Source: an uncultured SAR116 cluster alpha proteobacterium
GTDB lineage: Bacteria; Pseudomonadota; Alphaproteobacteria; Puniceispirillales; Marisalimonadaceae
Assembly: GCA_902533225.1 (NCBI GenBank)
Contig: CACALC010000001.1
Coordinates: 44,233-108,232, forward strand
Reading direction: 5' to 3'
DNA: 64,000 nt
In this document: positions 41,970 through 52,602 of the stretch, piece after piece
Numbering within the stretch: position 1 is the first letter of the stretch
Layout of the letters: every line of letters starts with the position of its first letter
Notes under the pieces: generated by a model
Told to the model about the DNA's origin: nothing
Seen by the model: the letters and a program-made list of their open reading frames with translations, nothing else
The model's database searches: none
Made by a program: the position numbers and the translations under genes

Positions 41970-43175
41970 ATGGTTAACCCTGATTATAACATACTAAAGG
42001 ATTGGATGTTTGGTAAGTTAACATCCCTCTTGGAAAACATATCACCAAATCCTGAATATCCAATTTTAAAAATGTCATTGGGTGAGCCTACATTAAACAT
42101 TCCAAATTTTGCAAAAAATATTTTAGAAGATAATTTCAATGACTGGGGTAAATATCCCCCAAGTATTGCTATACCAAGTCTTGGCAATAGTATAACAGGA
42201 TATATAGAACGAAGATACCCAAGTACTAAAAATCTTTTAACACTAGATAATAATATTTTACCTGTTCCAGGGACTAGAGAGCCACTTCACTTAGTTGGTT
42301 TGTTGGCAAAAAATTTGAAAGGTGGAAAAACAACCGCCCTTGTTACCAATCCTTTTTACCATGCATGGAGAGCTGGTAGCATTTCTAGTGGGTCTGATAT
42401 ATATTGGTTAAATGCATTACCAGATAATAACTATATTCCTAATATATCTAATATCTCCGAAAAAATACTAAATTCGTCGGTGATAATGTATATTTGTTCA
42501 CCATCTAATCCACATGGAAGTGTAGCAAGTCTTGATTATTTAAAACAAGCAATATTATTAGCAAGAAAATATAATTTTATTTTAGCTGTCGACGAATGTT
42601 ATTGCGACATATTTAGGATGAACAAGCCTAAACCACCTGGTGCATTGGAAGCTGCTGCAAGCTTAGGAAAGGGATTAAATAATTTAATAATTTTTAATTC
42701 TCTTTCGAAGAGAAGTAATGCTAGTGGAATAAGAGCAGGTTTTATAGCAGGTGACAAAAACGTAATAGAAAGTTATAAGTTATTAGTATCTAATGGGGCA
42801 TCGCCAGTTCCAATCCCCATTCAAAAAGTAGCGGCATCTTTGTATGATGACGAAGAACACCATACAAAAGCATGTATACATTATGATAAAAATTTCTCTA
42901 TTGTTGAGAAATACTTAAAACCTTTTTACAAAGATTTTAAGTTACCAGATGCAGGTTTTTTCTTATGGTTAAAAGTGAAAGATGATCAGAATGCTGCAAA
43001 AATTTTATGGAATAAATTTTCATTGAGAGTAATGCCAGGAAGTTTTATGGGTATAGATGTTCAAGGGTTTAATCCTGGTAAAGGTTTTTTAAGAATTTCT
43101 TTAGTTGATAATAAAGAGGTAATTGAAGAAGCAATGAAAAGAATTCAATTATTTTTACAATCGGAAATTTCTTAA
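41970..43175 (+). CDS. Class I/II PLP aminotransferase (DapC-like)
   Basis: LGEP, CSPSNPHG, DECY, SLSKRS..GIRAG; usual position upstream of ftsK. Confidence 0.88.
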   Translation: MVNPDYNILKDWMFGKLTSLLENISPNPEYPILKMSLGEPTLNIPNFAKNILEDNFNDWGKYPPSIAIPSLGNSITGYIERRYPSTKNLLTLDNNILPVPGTREPLHLVGLLAKNLKGGKTTALVTNPFYHAWRAGSISSGSDIYWLNALPDNNYIPNISNISEKILNSSVIMYICSPSNPHGSVASLDYLKQAILLARKYNFILAVDECYCDIFRMNKPKPPGALEAAASLGKGLNNLIIFNSLSKRSNASGIRAGFIAGDKNVIESYKLLVSNGASPVPIPIQKVAASLYDDEEHHTKACIHYDKNFSIVEKYLKPFYKDFKLPDAGFFLWLKVKDDQNAAKILWNKFSLRVMPGSFMGIDVQGFNPGKGFLRISLVDNKEVIEEAMKRIQLFLQSEIS

Positions 43176-45562
43176 TGGTTAAAAAAGACCAAGAAATAGT
43201 TGGAACCCCAATTTTATCTGAGATAATAAAAAAAAGTTTAGCATTTTTACTCTTATTTTCTTCAATATCACTTGTTTTAATTTTGATTACTTTTAATCCT
43301 CTTGATACTGGTTGGGGAATTGTTTCTGAGACCCTCCCGACTAACTTATATAAACAAATAGGAGCTTGGTTATCAGGTTTCATAATTAAAGAGTTTGGAA
43401 TTTTTCCAGGATTATTATCATCTTTAATTTTATTTATCTGGTCTTTAAAATTTTTTAATAGTTCAAATATAAATTTTCTTAAAACAAAATTATTAACGAT
43501 TTTTATAATGATTTTTTTAAGTTCTCTAGGTGGTACTTATATAGAGAATATTTTGATTAACAGTTTAAGACTTAATTTTTCAATAATAAATCAAACTGGC
43601 TTGTCAGAATGGTTTTTATTATATTTTTCAAGTGGAATATCTAAGATTTTAGGTTTTGATGTAAGTATGAGTGAATTAATACTAGGTGCTAGTTCGTTCA
43701 TTATTTCAATAATATTATTTATTTGGATATTATCTCTTGATACTGCTGAAATCAAATTTATGAAAATTATAACTAGGCCAATAGTTATGCCCTTTATTTG
43801 GGTTTTAAGTATGTTTTACAGTTTATTTTTCGTCATTCAAAAAAATAACGAAAATGTTGATATTAAAGCTGAAATTGAACCTAATTTATTACATTATTTA
43901 AAAAATAAATTATTAAGTTTAAATAGAAATTTTATACCAAGAAAGAAACCAAAAATAAGAAAAAATCCTATTCTAATTAAAAATTTTGAAAAGAATGACG
44001 GTTTAAAAAGTAAATTAAATAACAAAGATTTTTTTCAAGACACACTACCTTTAAGTTCAGAAAGTGGCTTCATATTGCCTTCTCTAAAATTATTAAAAAA
44101 TGTTACTGAGGATATTAAGCCTCCTAGTAAGGAAGCTTTGGATTTAAATGCAAAAGTTCTTGAAGGTGTTTTGTCAGATTTTTCAATAAATGGAAACATT
44201 GACTCAGTAAGATATGGTCCTGTGGTTACAAGGTATGATTTACAACCCGCACCTGGCTTAAGAAGTCAAAGAGTTATATCTTTAGCAGATGATATTGCGA
44301 GGTCAATGTCAGTAGAAGCTGTAAGGGTAGCTATGGTACTGGGTCAAAATGTTATTGGAATAGAATTGCCTAATAAAGTGCGAGAGACAGTAATATTAAG
44401 AAATATTTTGGAACATCAAGAATTTCAAAGTTCAAGTTTCAATTTACCAGTGTGCTTAGGAAAAAATATCGCAGGGTATCCCGTGGTAGTTGACTTAGCT
44501 AAAATGCCACATCTATTAGTTGCAGGAACAACTGGATCTGGTAAATCAGTCGGTATAAACGCAATGATTTTATCACTTTTATTCAAACATACACCAGAAA
44601 CGTGTAGATTAATAATGATTGATCCTAAAATGTTGGAACTATCTGTTTACGATGGTATCCCTCATTTATTAACACCAGTTGTAACTGAACCACAAAAAGC
44701 AATTGTTGCATTGAAATGGGCTGTCAGAGAAATGGAAACTAGATATATGTCCATGAGTAAACTAGGTGTAAGAAATATTGACAGTTATAATGAAAGACTA
44801 ATTGAAGCAAGAAAAAAAGGAGAGATACTCTCAAAAAATATTCAGGTTGGCTTTGATCCTGACACTGGTCAGCCAATTTTTGAAGATCAACAAATAAGTC
44901 TAACACCGTTACCTTTTATCGTAGTTGTCATAGACGAGGTGGCAGATTTAATGTTAGTAGCTGGAAAAGATATTGAAGCAGCTGTTCAAAGGTTGGCCCA
45001 AATGGCAAGAGCCGCTGGTATTCACGTTGTAATGGCTACCCAAAGACCATCTGTAGATGTTATCACCGGAACAATTAAAGCCAATTTTCCAACAAGAATA
45101 TCTTTTCAAGTAACAAGTAAAATTGATAGTAGAACCATACTAGGTGAACAAGGTGCCGAACAACTTCTTGGACGAGGAGATATGCTATATATGGCAGGTG
45201 GTGGTAAAGTTACTAGAGTGCATGGTCCATTTGTTGAAGATAGTGAAGTTGAAAAAGTTACTAAATTTCTCTCTGATCAGTCCGTCCCAGATTATGATGA
45301 ATCTATCACAGAAGAGCCAGAAAATTTAAATGATGAAAACTTTAATAATCTAACATCCAATAATAAACATGAAGATGAATTATATGATAAAGCAGTAGCT
45401 CTAATCGCAAGAGAAAGAAGAGCAAGCACATCTTTTATTCAAAGACACTTTAAAATAGGTTATAATAGAGCTGCTACTATAATTGAAAAAATGGAAGAAA
45501 ATAATGTTGTGTCAAAACCGGGTAGAGCAGGGAAAAGAGAAGTTTTAATTGAGGATAATTAA
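43175..45562 (+). CDS. ftsK: DNA translocase FtsK
   Basis: N-terminal TMs; PHLLVAGTTGSGKS, IDEVADLM, ATQRPSVDVITG, gamma domain IGYNRAA. Confidence 0.98.
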   Translation: MVKKDQEIVGTPILSEIIKKSLAFLLLFSSISLVLILITFNPLDTGWGIVSETLPTNLYKQIGAWLSGFIIKEFGIFPGLLSSLILFIWSLKFFNSSNINFLKTKLLTIFIMIFLSSLGGTYIENILINSLRLNFSIINQTGLSEWFLLYFSSGISKILGFDVSMSELILGASSFIISIILFIWILSLDTAEIKFMKIITRPIVMPFIWVLSMFYSLFFVIQKNNENVDIKAEIEPNLLHYLKNKLLSLNRNFIPRKKPKIRKNPILIKNFEKNDGLKSKLNNKDFFQDTLPLSSESGFILPSLKLLKNVTEDIKPPSKEALDLNAKVLEGVLSDFSINGNIDSVRYGPVVTRYDLQPAPGLRSQRVISLADDIARSMSVEAVRVAMVLGQNVIGIELPNKVRETVILRNILEHQEFQSSSFNLPVCLGKNIAGYPVVVDLAKMPHLLVAGTTGSGKSVGINAMILSLLFKHTPETCRLIMIDPKMLELSVYDGIPHLLTPVVTEPQKAIVALKWAVREMETRYMSMSKLGVRNIDSYNERLIEARKKGEILSKNIQVGFDPDTGQPIFEDQQISLTPLPFIVVVIDEVADLMLVAGKDIEAAVQRLAQMARAAGIHVVMATQRPSVDVITGTIKANFPTRISFQVTSKIDSRTILGEQGAEQLLGRGDMLYMAGGGKVTRVHGPFVEDSEVEKVTKFLSDQSVPDYDESITEEPENLNDENFNNLTSNNKHEDELYDKAVALIARERRASTSFIQRHFKIGYNRAATIIEKMEENNVVSKPGRAGKREVLIEDN

Positions 45563-46196
45563 CGAAAACAATGAAAATTATTTCAATTTTTTTTTGGTAA
45601 CTTTGTGGGTTTTTATTTTATTATTTTCTAATGTCAAAATATTAAAAGCTTCCGACCAAGTTAATGAATCGCAAATAAAGGTAGAAAAATTTTTTAAGTC
45701 ATTAAACAGTATGCAAGCAAACTTTATACAAGTAGGACCATCTGGTGAAGTTAGCAATGGAAAAATATATTTAGATTTACCAGGAAAATTGCGAATTGAC
45801 TATGAAAAACCTAATGATATCCTTATAACAACTAAGGGGTTTTGGTTAACAATTCAAAATAGAAATTCAAAGACTACAAATAACATACCCCTCGATAGCT
45901 CACCATTTTCCATTTTAATAAAAAAAAAGTTAGATTTTGATAGTGAATATTTAACTACTGATTTAAAGAATAAATCAGGAATAATTTCTTTAAAAATTAC
46001 AAGAAGTGAAAATAATAATGCTGAAAGATTAACATTAGAATTTTCAGAAAACCCATTTAATTTGAAAAAATGGATTATAGAAGATACTTTTGGGGAATCC
46101 ACCACAGTCTTAATTCAAAAGGCAATATATAACGAGAAATTATCACACTTATTATTTTTTCCAGACGATTTTCCAGAACCAAATAATTCAGACTAA
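45549..46196 (+). CDS. lolA: Outer-membrane lipoprotein carrier LolA
   Basis: ANFIQ, PGKLRIDY, LKKWII; follows ftsK; start uncertain. Confidence 0.85.
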   Translation: MRIINENNENYFNFFLVTLWVFILLFSNVKILKASDQVNESQIKVEKFFKSLNSMQANFIQVGPSGEVSNGKIYLDLPGKLRIDYEKPNDILITTKGFWLTIQNRNSKTTNNIPLDSSPFSILIKKKLDFDSEYLTTDLKNKSGIISLKITRSENNNAERLTLEFSENPFNLKKWIIEDTFGESTTVLIQKAIYNEKLSHLLFFPDDFPEPNNSD

Positions 46197-46403
46197 GCGA
46201 AAGATGAAATGACAATAGATTATTTATTTAAAAAGAGTAATAATCTGTTTTTAGAAAACTTTTTTTGCAGGATTATTGTCATATAAGAAAATTACCTTAA
46301 ATTTTCCTAATATGTAAGGTTATATGAGGAAATATATATATAGACTGCTATAATTAGATATATAATGTTTTTTAAGGAAAGAAAATTTTATGGGAGTTTT
46401 TCT

Positions 46404-47285
46404 TTATGCTTTAACTGACTTTAAATTTCTATCCAAGCGCCCAAGACTATTAAACTCTAGGAAAATATCTTGTAACTTCCGTTTTTGGGCCCAGTTAAAC
46501 AACCCTGCCCACTGTGTCTGCCGAACATACCAATATTTTCGGGAAGGAGCACCTTCAAGTTCTGACCAGTTTAAAAGTAGATTATATCCATAAAATAAGT
46601 CATAAGGATGAAGATAAATTATTGGGGTAATATTATTTCTTAATGATTTATGAATTGCGTTTTTCACGACAAAAACTGGAAATAATTTGAGATAAGAACC
46701 ACCAGTTTTTACGTTAAATTTTGATGAAATAACACTTTGCATTGGTACTGGAAATTCTTGCAACCTGTTGGGGCATAAGTCCTTCCACTCTTTTAATTCT
46801 TTATCGTTACTAAAATGCAGAGAGGAGTCATAATCAAAAACTTTTGATATAGCGTCTAGTCGTTCAAAGTCGTATTTCTTAATTGAGAACCTTGGTGCTC
46901 TAAAACCACGAATTTCAGTTTGAGAGATTTCACTGAGTTTTCGTTTGGCTATATTAAGAGATTTATAAACCTCTTCTGGGGACATTTTAAAAATATCATC
47001 ATGAAAATTCCCGTGACATGCAATTTCGTGTCCGTCTTGAGCAATCTGTCGGACTAAGTCAGGATATTTGTCGGCCATAACGCCAGTGCAAAAGAAAGTA
47101 ATTTTAGATCCTGGCTCGTCATTATCAGGAAGGAGTTCAGTAATATTGAGATAACTTTCACGTAAACTTTCAGTCCTTAACTTTGGAGGAGAAGAAGCTC
47201 CAATACTTCTACATAGATCGAAAGAAAAGTCCTCTAAGTCAACTGTATAGTAAACAGATGATTTACTATGCATTAATTTTTTCAT
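46404..47285 (-). CDS. Polysaccharide deacetylase (NodB/CE4-like)
   Basis: TVDLED, GHEIACHG..H, GFRAPRFS, YDSS, GGSY, YLHPYD. Confidence 0.9.
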   Translation of the reverse strand: MKKLMHSKSSVYYTVDLEDFSFDLCRSIGASSPPKLRTESLRESYLNITELLPDNDEPGSKITFFCTGVMADKYPDLVRQIAQDGHEIACHGNFHDDIFKMSPEEVYKSLNIAKRKLSEISQTEIRGFRAPRFSIKKYDFERLDAISKVFDYDSSLHFSNDKELKEWKDLCPNRLQEFPVPMQSVISSKFNVKTGGSYLKLFPVFVVKNAIHKSLRNNITPIIYLHPYDLFYGYNLLLNWSELEGAPSRKYWYVRQTQWAGLFNWAQKRKLQDIFLEFNSLGRLDRNLKSVKA

Positions 47286-49027
47286 AGTGTAACTCCTTTT
47301 GGGATATCACTTCGTTTTATTATAAATGGGCCAATAACTAAAGCATCAACTCCCGATTTAATGAAAGTTTGGAGAGCATCTTCAGGTGTGTAAACAATTG
47401 GTTCTTGGATGTTGAAGGATGTATTAAGCAATACTGGGACTCTACTGATTTTACCAAACTTAGTAATTAACTTATGATACAGGAAATTACTTTCCTTAGA
47501 TACAGTGTGAATACGCGCGGTGTTATCAACATGAGTTATGGCTGGCACCAAGTCACTTTTAACTCCAGAGACTATATTCATAAATGGACTATCTTGGGAT
47601 ATAGAGAAAAATCGATATGCATCCTCTACTGTTACGCTTGGAGCAAAAGGGCGAAATAACTCCCGTTTCTTTATCTTTTTGTTTATTTCGTCTCTTATTT
47701 TATCATCTCTTGGATCTGCAAGATATGACCTATTACCAAGTGCTCGTGGTCCAAATTCTGCACTTCCTTGAAACCATGCAATGATTTTTTTTTCTGCCAA
47801 AAGAGAAGCAGTAGTAGAGATCAATTGATCATCCTTTAATGGCTTGATTGATTTCAAGCCTTTATCCTTTATAGCCGCCTTAATTTCATTTTCTGAAAAA
47901 GCTCGCCCTAAGTACGGTGATCTAACAGATTCGTAGTTTATTTTATCCAAAACAGCTAAGCATGCTCCGATAGCGCAACCGGCATCATGTGGAGCTGGTG
48001 GTATAATTATTTGTTTAAACATTTTATTAGAAAGAAGTTTACCATTGGCTGTAACGTTTAGCGCACACCCTCCACTAATGACTAATTTCTTGATTGATGA
48101 CTGGCTTGAAGCTGCCAGTGAAAGAATGTGAGCAAGCGTATCTTCAAAAGCAGCTTGAACACTAGCAGCTAGATTAATGTGTTGTTTAGTTGGTTTTTCT
48201 TCATTTTTCCTGGGTGTTCCAAATAATAATTTCATTTCACTACTAAAAATACCTTGAAGAGCGGCGTGATAATCACAAACATTAGTATTTAACTCGTATT
48301 TTCCAAATGGCTTCAGCAACAGTATTTTTTCTAATATTAAATTTTTGTACTTAGGCTTACCGTAGGGGGCAAGCCCCATCATTTTATACTCGCCTTCCAA
48401 CATCTTAAAACCAAGAAAACCAGTAAAGGTAGAGTAGAAATGGCCAAGCGAGTTGGGCCATTTGTGACGGCTTAATACATTTCGTTCTCCATTTTTAACT
48501 ACACTAAGAACTGTTGAAAACTCTTCACCACCTCCATCGTAAGAAAGTGATATAAATTTGTCCCAGTCGAGCATAGCTTCTGCATATCGTTGATGTGATA
48601 AATGATGATCAATAAAAGAGATTTTTCTAGAAAATCTGCCCACGTTTTTATTTATTAGTTGGTTAATATTAAATAAATCCTTCCAGTTTCCATCATTTAT
48701 GTTTTTGACTGAATTATTAAAAAATAAATCTACAATCCGCTCAAATAAAATTAAGGTATTTTTAGGGTTCTTTATAATTTTCTTAAATGTCTCTATGGCC
48801 CTTGTCCGGAACCTCCATCTATTCCAGTAAACACAAATTTGCTCAACATCAGAAATCGTTATATTAGCAATTGATAAAACTTCCTTAATAGATTCAAATG
48901 GGAACGCTCCATCATTTTTCTTTCTGGTTAGACGTTCTTCTTCAACAGCAGCAATTAAAGTGCCGTCCTTGAAGATTGCTGCTGAACTATTGCCCATTGT
49001 ACATAAACCTAATATATATTTAGCCAT
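47282..49027 (-). CDS. Carbamoyltransferase (NodU/CmcH/TobZ family)
   Basis: AVEEERLTRKK, HHLSH, DGGGE, EGEYKMMGLAPYG, GGCALN, EFGPRALGNRS, RELFRPFAP, LNTSFN. Confidence 0.95.
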   Translation of the reverse strand: MAKYILGLCTMGNSSAAIFKDGTLIAAVEEERLTRKKNDGAFPFESIKEVLSIANITISDVEQICVYWNRWRFRTRAIETFKKIIKNPKNTLILFERIVDLFFNNSVKNINDGNWKDLFNINQLINKNVGRFSRKISFIDHHLSHQRYAEAMLDWDKFISLSYDGGGEEFSTVLSVVKNGERNVLSRHKWPNSLGHFYSTFTGFLGFKMLEGEYKMMGLAPYGKPKYKNLILEKILLLKPFGKYELNTNVCDYHAALQGIFSSEMKLLFGTPRKNEEKPTKQHINLAASVQAAFEDTLAHILSLAASSQSSIKKLVISGGCALNVTANGKLLSNKMFKQIIIPPAPHDAGCAIGACLAVLDKINYESVRSPYLGRAFSENEIKAAIKDKGLKSIKPLKDDQLISTTASLLAEKKIIAWFQGSAEFGPRALGNRSYLADPRDDKIRDEINKKIKKRELFRPFAPSVTVEDAYRFFSISQDSPFMNIVSGVKSDLVPAITHVDNTARIHTVSKESNFLYHKLITKFGKISRVPVLLNTSFNIQEPIVYTPEDALQTFIKSGVDALVIGPFIIKRSDIPKGVTL

Positions 49028-49667
49028 CCACTTTTCCAGTCTTCAGCAAAGCCTATTTATTAAACGACAAACCTTGGTCTCTAAGTTACTAAGAGTTAAT
49101 GTAGTCAAATTTTTATATGAAAAACAACTATATGAAAAAAAAGTAATAAAATCAATGGCTGATCTGAGTATGTAAAACTAGACTATAAGACAATAAGTTG
49201 TATAAAAACAATAACTTAAATAAATTGTTACTTATTAGTAATGTTATTTCTATATCAATTAATATTATATCGTTATTGTTATCTTATAGGACATCTGCAA
49301 CAAGTGTGTTGCCTATAAATCATCTTGAAACTTTTTATTCTCTAATCGTTTAACCATCCCTTATAGTTTCTCTAATTTGCCAAATGCTCTTTAAAAAAAA
49401 CTCTAACTTAATGAAAGAAATTTATTAGAGAGATAATTACAAATGATCAGTGACGAAATGACAGGAGTTTAAAGATTATACATGTTATTATCTGAAAACT
49501 AGTAGGTAGATGTTATGATCTATTTAGTAGTATTTATTATCTTTGCGTTTATGATATTAATACTTATATCTACGCTAGATATTTTAGTTTAAAGACTTAT
49601 AATGAGCGCTTTTAAGGGTTCAGAAAAGAATGATCAATAGAGGTAAACTTGGGGTAAAGGTTTTGAA

Positions 49668-50453
49668 ATGCGTATAGCAACTTGGAATATTAACTCTGTA
49701 AGGCTCAGATCTTCTCAGATTTTGAGATTTATAAAAGAACAAAATATAGATGTGATGTGTCTACAAGAAACAAAAACCCAAGATGAATATTTTCCTTATG
49801 AATTATTTAAAAAAATTGGTATGGATTTTCAATATTATAGAGGTGAAAAATCTTATAATGGAGTTGCAATTTTATCTAATTTTAAACTTGAAGAGGAAAA
49901 CTTTATAAATTGGTGTGGAAAAAATGATACTAGACATATTGCAGTTAAGCTAAATAAAAATACTGAACTTCATAATTTTTATATTCCAGCAGGTGGCGAT
50001 GAACCTGATATTGTAAAAAACCCAAAATTTGAACATAAAATTTCTTTTTTGAATGAAATGAAAAAATTTTTTCTTAAAAACAAAACAACAAATAAAATTT
50101 TAGTTGGAGATCTTAATGTAGCCCCTTTAGAACATGATGTTTGGTCACATAAACAACTATTAAATGTTGTTTCACATACACCAATAGAGACAGAGATTTT
50201 ATTAGACATTATTCAAACAGGTAAATGGGTAGATGTAATGAGGGAGTTAATACCATATAGCAAAAAGCTCTATTCTTGGTGGTCATATAGAAATAGAAAC
50301 TGGGAAGTCTCAGATAGAGGAAGAAGATTAGATCATTTTTGGGTTTCTAAAAAAATATTTCCAAAAGTTAAATCTGGTGTTATTTTTAAAAATACCAGAT
50401 CATGGGAGAGACCTTCTGACCACGTTCCAATTATTGTAGAAATTGATATTTAG
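49668..50453 (+). CDS. xth: Exodeoxyribonuclease III
   Basis: ATWNINS, LQETK, YNGVA, GDLN, YSWWSYR, RLDH, SDHVP. Confidence 0.96.
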   Translation: MRIATWNINSVRLRSSQILRFIKEQNIDVMCLQETKTQDEYFPYELFKKIGMDFQYYRGEKSYNGVAILSNFKLEEENFINWCGKNDTRHIAVKLNKNTELHNFYIPAGGDEPDIVKNPKFEHKISFLNEMKKFFLKNKTTNKILVGDLNVAPLEHDVWSHKQLLNVVSHTPIETEILLDIIQTGKWVDVMRELIPYSKKLYSWWSYRNRNWEVSDRGRRLDHFWVSKKIFPKVKSGVIFKNTRSWERPSDHVPIIVEIDI

Positions 50454-50479
50454 AAGAAAATATTCATAAAAGGAAAATT

Positions 50480-51292
50480 TTGAAAATACCATTTATTAAA
50501 ATGCATGGGTTGGGGAATGACTTTATTATATTTAATAATATAAAAGATATAATTGTACACGATACTAAATTTATAAAAAAAATTAGTAACAGAAGGCTTG
50601 GGATAGGTTGTGACCAAGTTTTAATAATTGAAGATACATTGAATTCGCAAAATTTTAAAGTTACTATTTATAATACCGATGGCTCAGAAACTGGAGCATG
50701 CGGAAATGGCACTCGTTGTGTTGCGGATTATTTAATGAAAAGAAATAATTTGAATTCCTTAAATATCGAAAGTATTAGCGGTATTTTGTCATGTACCAAA
50801 ATTGACAACGTTGTAACTGTAAACATGGGTAGACCTAAATTTGATTGGAAGGATATTCCATTAGCCAGCAAACAAAATACCCAAAAAGTTTTGTTAGACG
50901 AGTTTGAAGCTTTTTGTTTATCTATGGGTAATCCGCATGCTGTTATTTTTATGCAAAGCTTAGATGAACTTGAAAGTTTAGATTTAAATTCAGTTGGTCC
51001 TCGTCTAGAAAAAAATATAAATTTTCCTGAATTTGCAAATATAGAGTTTGTATGTGTTTTAGAGGATAATACAATAAGAATGCGTGTATGGGAAAGAGGT
51101 GTAGGTGTCACTATGGCTTGTGGCTCAGGAGCATGTGCTACACTAGTTGCAGCATTTAAGAAAAATGTAAGTTCTAAATCAAATAAAATTATCCTAGATG
51201 GTGGAAGTTTGTTTATTGAGTGGTTAAATAACGGAACTGTAACACTTTCTGGTGAAACAGAAAAAGTTTACGAAGGTATATTAGGTGATTAA
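50480..51292 (+). CDS. dapF: Diaminopimelate epimerase
   Basis: KMHGLGNDF, ACGNGTRC, MGNPH, WERGVG.T.ACGSG. Confidence 0.97.
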   Translation: MKIPFIKMHGLGNDFIIFNNIKDIIVHDTKFIKKISNRRLGIGCDQVLIIEDTLNSQNFKVTIYNTDGSETGACGNGTRCVADYLMKRNNLNSLNIESISGILSCTKIDNVVTVNMGRPKFDWKDIPLASKQNTQKVLLDEFEAFCLSMGNPHAVIFMQSLDELESLDLNSVGPRLEKNINFPEFANIEFVCVLEDNTIRMRVWERGVGVTMACGSGACATLVAAFKKNVSSKSNKIILDGGSLFIEWLNNGTVTLSGETEKVYEGILGD

Positions 51293-52585
51293 TTGACAAT
51301 AACTTCTAGAAATAAGAATTCATCACCTGAGATTAAAACATTTGGTTGTAGATTAAATATTTGGGAAAGCCAGGTTATCAGTGATCATGCTAGTAAGTAT
51401 GGGCATAGTGATTTAATAATTTTTAATACTTGCGCAGTTACCAGTGAAGCGGAGCGTCAAGCTAGACAAGCAATAAGGTCGGCAAAAAATAAAAGACCTG
51501 ACGCAAAAATTTTAGTAACCGGTTGTGCAGCTCAAATAAATCCAGAAAAATGGAGTTCCATGTCTGAAGTTAATTTTGTTATTGGTAATAAAGAAAAACT
51601 TGACGATAAATTTTGGGGTGATTTTAATTTAGATATAAATCTTAAAAATGATAATAAAGTTTTTGTTCAAAACATTATGGAAGTAAAGAAAACATCAGAA
51701 CATCTTGTGGAGTCATTTAATAAACACACACGTGGCTTTGTCCAGGTTCAGAACGGTTGTGACCACAGATGTACGTTTTGTGTTATTCCATTTGGAAGAG
51801 GTCCAAGCAGGTCAGTTTCAACTCAAAATATAATAAATTCTATAAATTCACTTATAGATAATGGCATAAAGGAAGTTGTTCTTACAGGAGTAGATCTAAC
51901 GTCATGGGGCAACGATATTTTTGGTAAGCCTAGCTTAGGTTTATTGGTTAAAAAAATACTCAAAAACATACCTGGTCTCCCAAGACTTAGACTATCGTCT
52001 CTTGACCCTGCCGAAGTTGATTTCGAATTAATGGATGCTTTTCAGAATGAAAATAGGTTAATGCCTCACATACATTTATCTATTCAACATGGTGACGACT
52101 TAATCCTTAAAAGAATGAAAAGGAGACATTTATATAGAGATGTGATTAACTTTGTAGATGAAGCAAGAAGAAGACGTAGTGATATTGTGTTTGGTGGTGA
52201 CTTCATAGCTGGGTTTCCAACTGAAGACATAAAAGCTCATAAAAAAAGTATAAAACTTATAAAAGAAGCAAACATAACCTATGTCCATGTTTTTCCTTAT
52301 TCAAAAAGAGATAAAACCGCAGCCTCAAAAATGCCTGAAGTGTTAAGTGCTGAAATAAAGAGCAGAGCAAAAGATTTAAGAAATTTAGCAGAAAAACAAC
52401 ATGAAACTTTCCTACAAAACCAAATAGGCACTGTACAGAATGTTCTGATAGAGAAAAACTCAGTTGGCCATGCTTCAAATTTTTCAAGGGTTAAGTTGAA
52501 CAATGTTGTAGAGGCTAGTTCAATTATATCAACAAAAATAGTAGATATAAATTCTGAAGGTTTGGTTGGTGACGTTTTCAGTTAA
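51293..52585 (+). CDS. mtaB: tRNA t6A37 methylthiotransferase
   Basis: TFGCRLN, NTCAVT, TGCAAQ, CDHRCTFC radical SAM motif. Confidence 0.95.
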   Translation: MTITSRNKNSSPEIKTFGCRLNIWESQVISDHASKYGHSDLIIFNTCAVTSEAERQARQAIRSAKNKRPDAKILVTGCAAQINPEKWSSMSEVNFVIGNKEKLDDKFWGDFNLDINLKNDNKVFVQNIMEVKKTSEHLVESFNKHTRGFVQVQNGCDHRCTFCVIPFGRGPSRSVSTQNIINSINSLIDNGIKEVVLTGVDLTSWGNDIFGKPSLGLLVKKILKNIPGLPRLRLSSLDPAEVDFELMDAFQNENRLMPHIHLSIQHGDDLILKRMKRRHLYRDVINFVDEARRRRSDIVFGGDFIAGFPTEDIKAHKKSIKLIKEANITYVHVFPYSKRDKTAASKMPEVLSAEIKSRAKDLRNLAEKQHETFLQNQIGTVQNVLIEKNSVGHASNFSRVKLNNVVEASSIISTKIVDINSEGLVGDVFS

Positions 52586-52602
52586 ATAAGAAGTGAAGGT
52601 TT

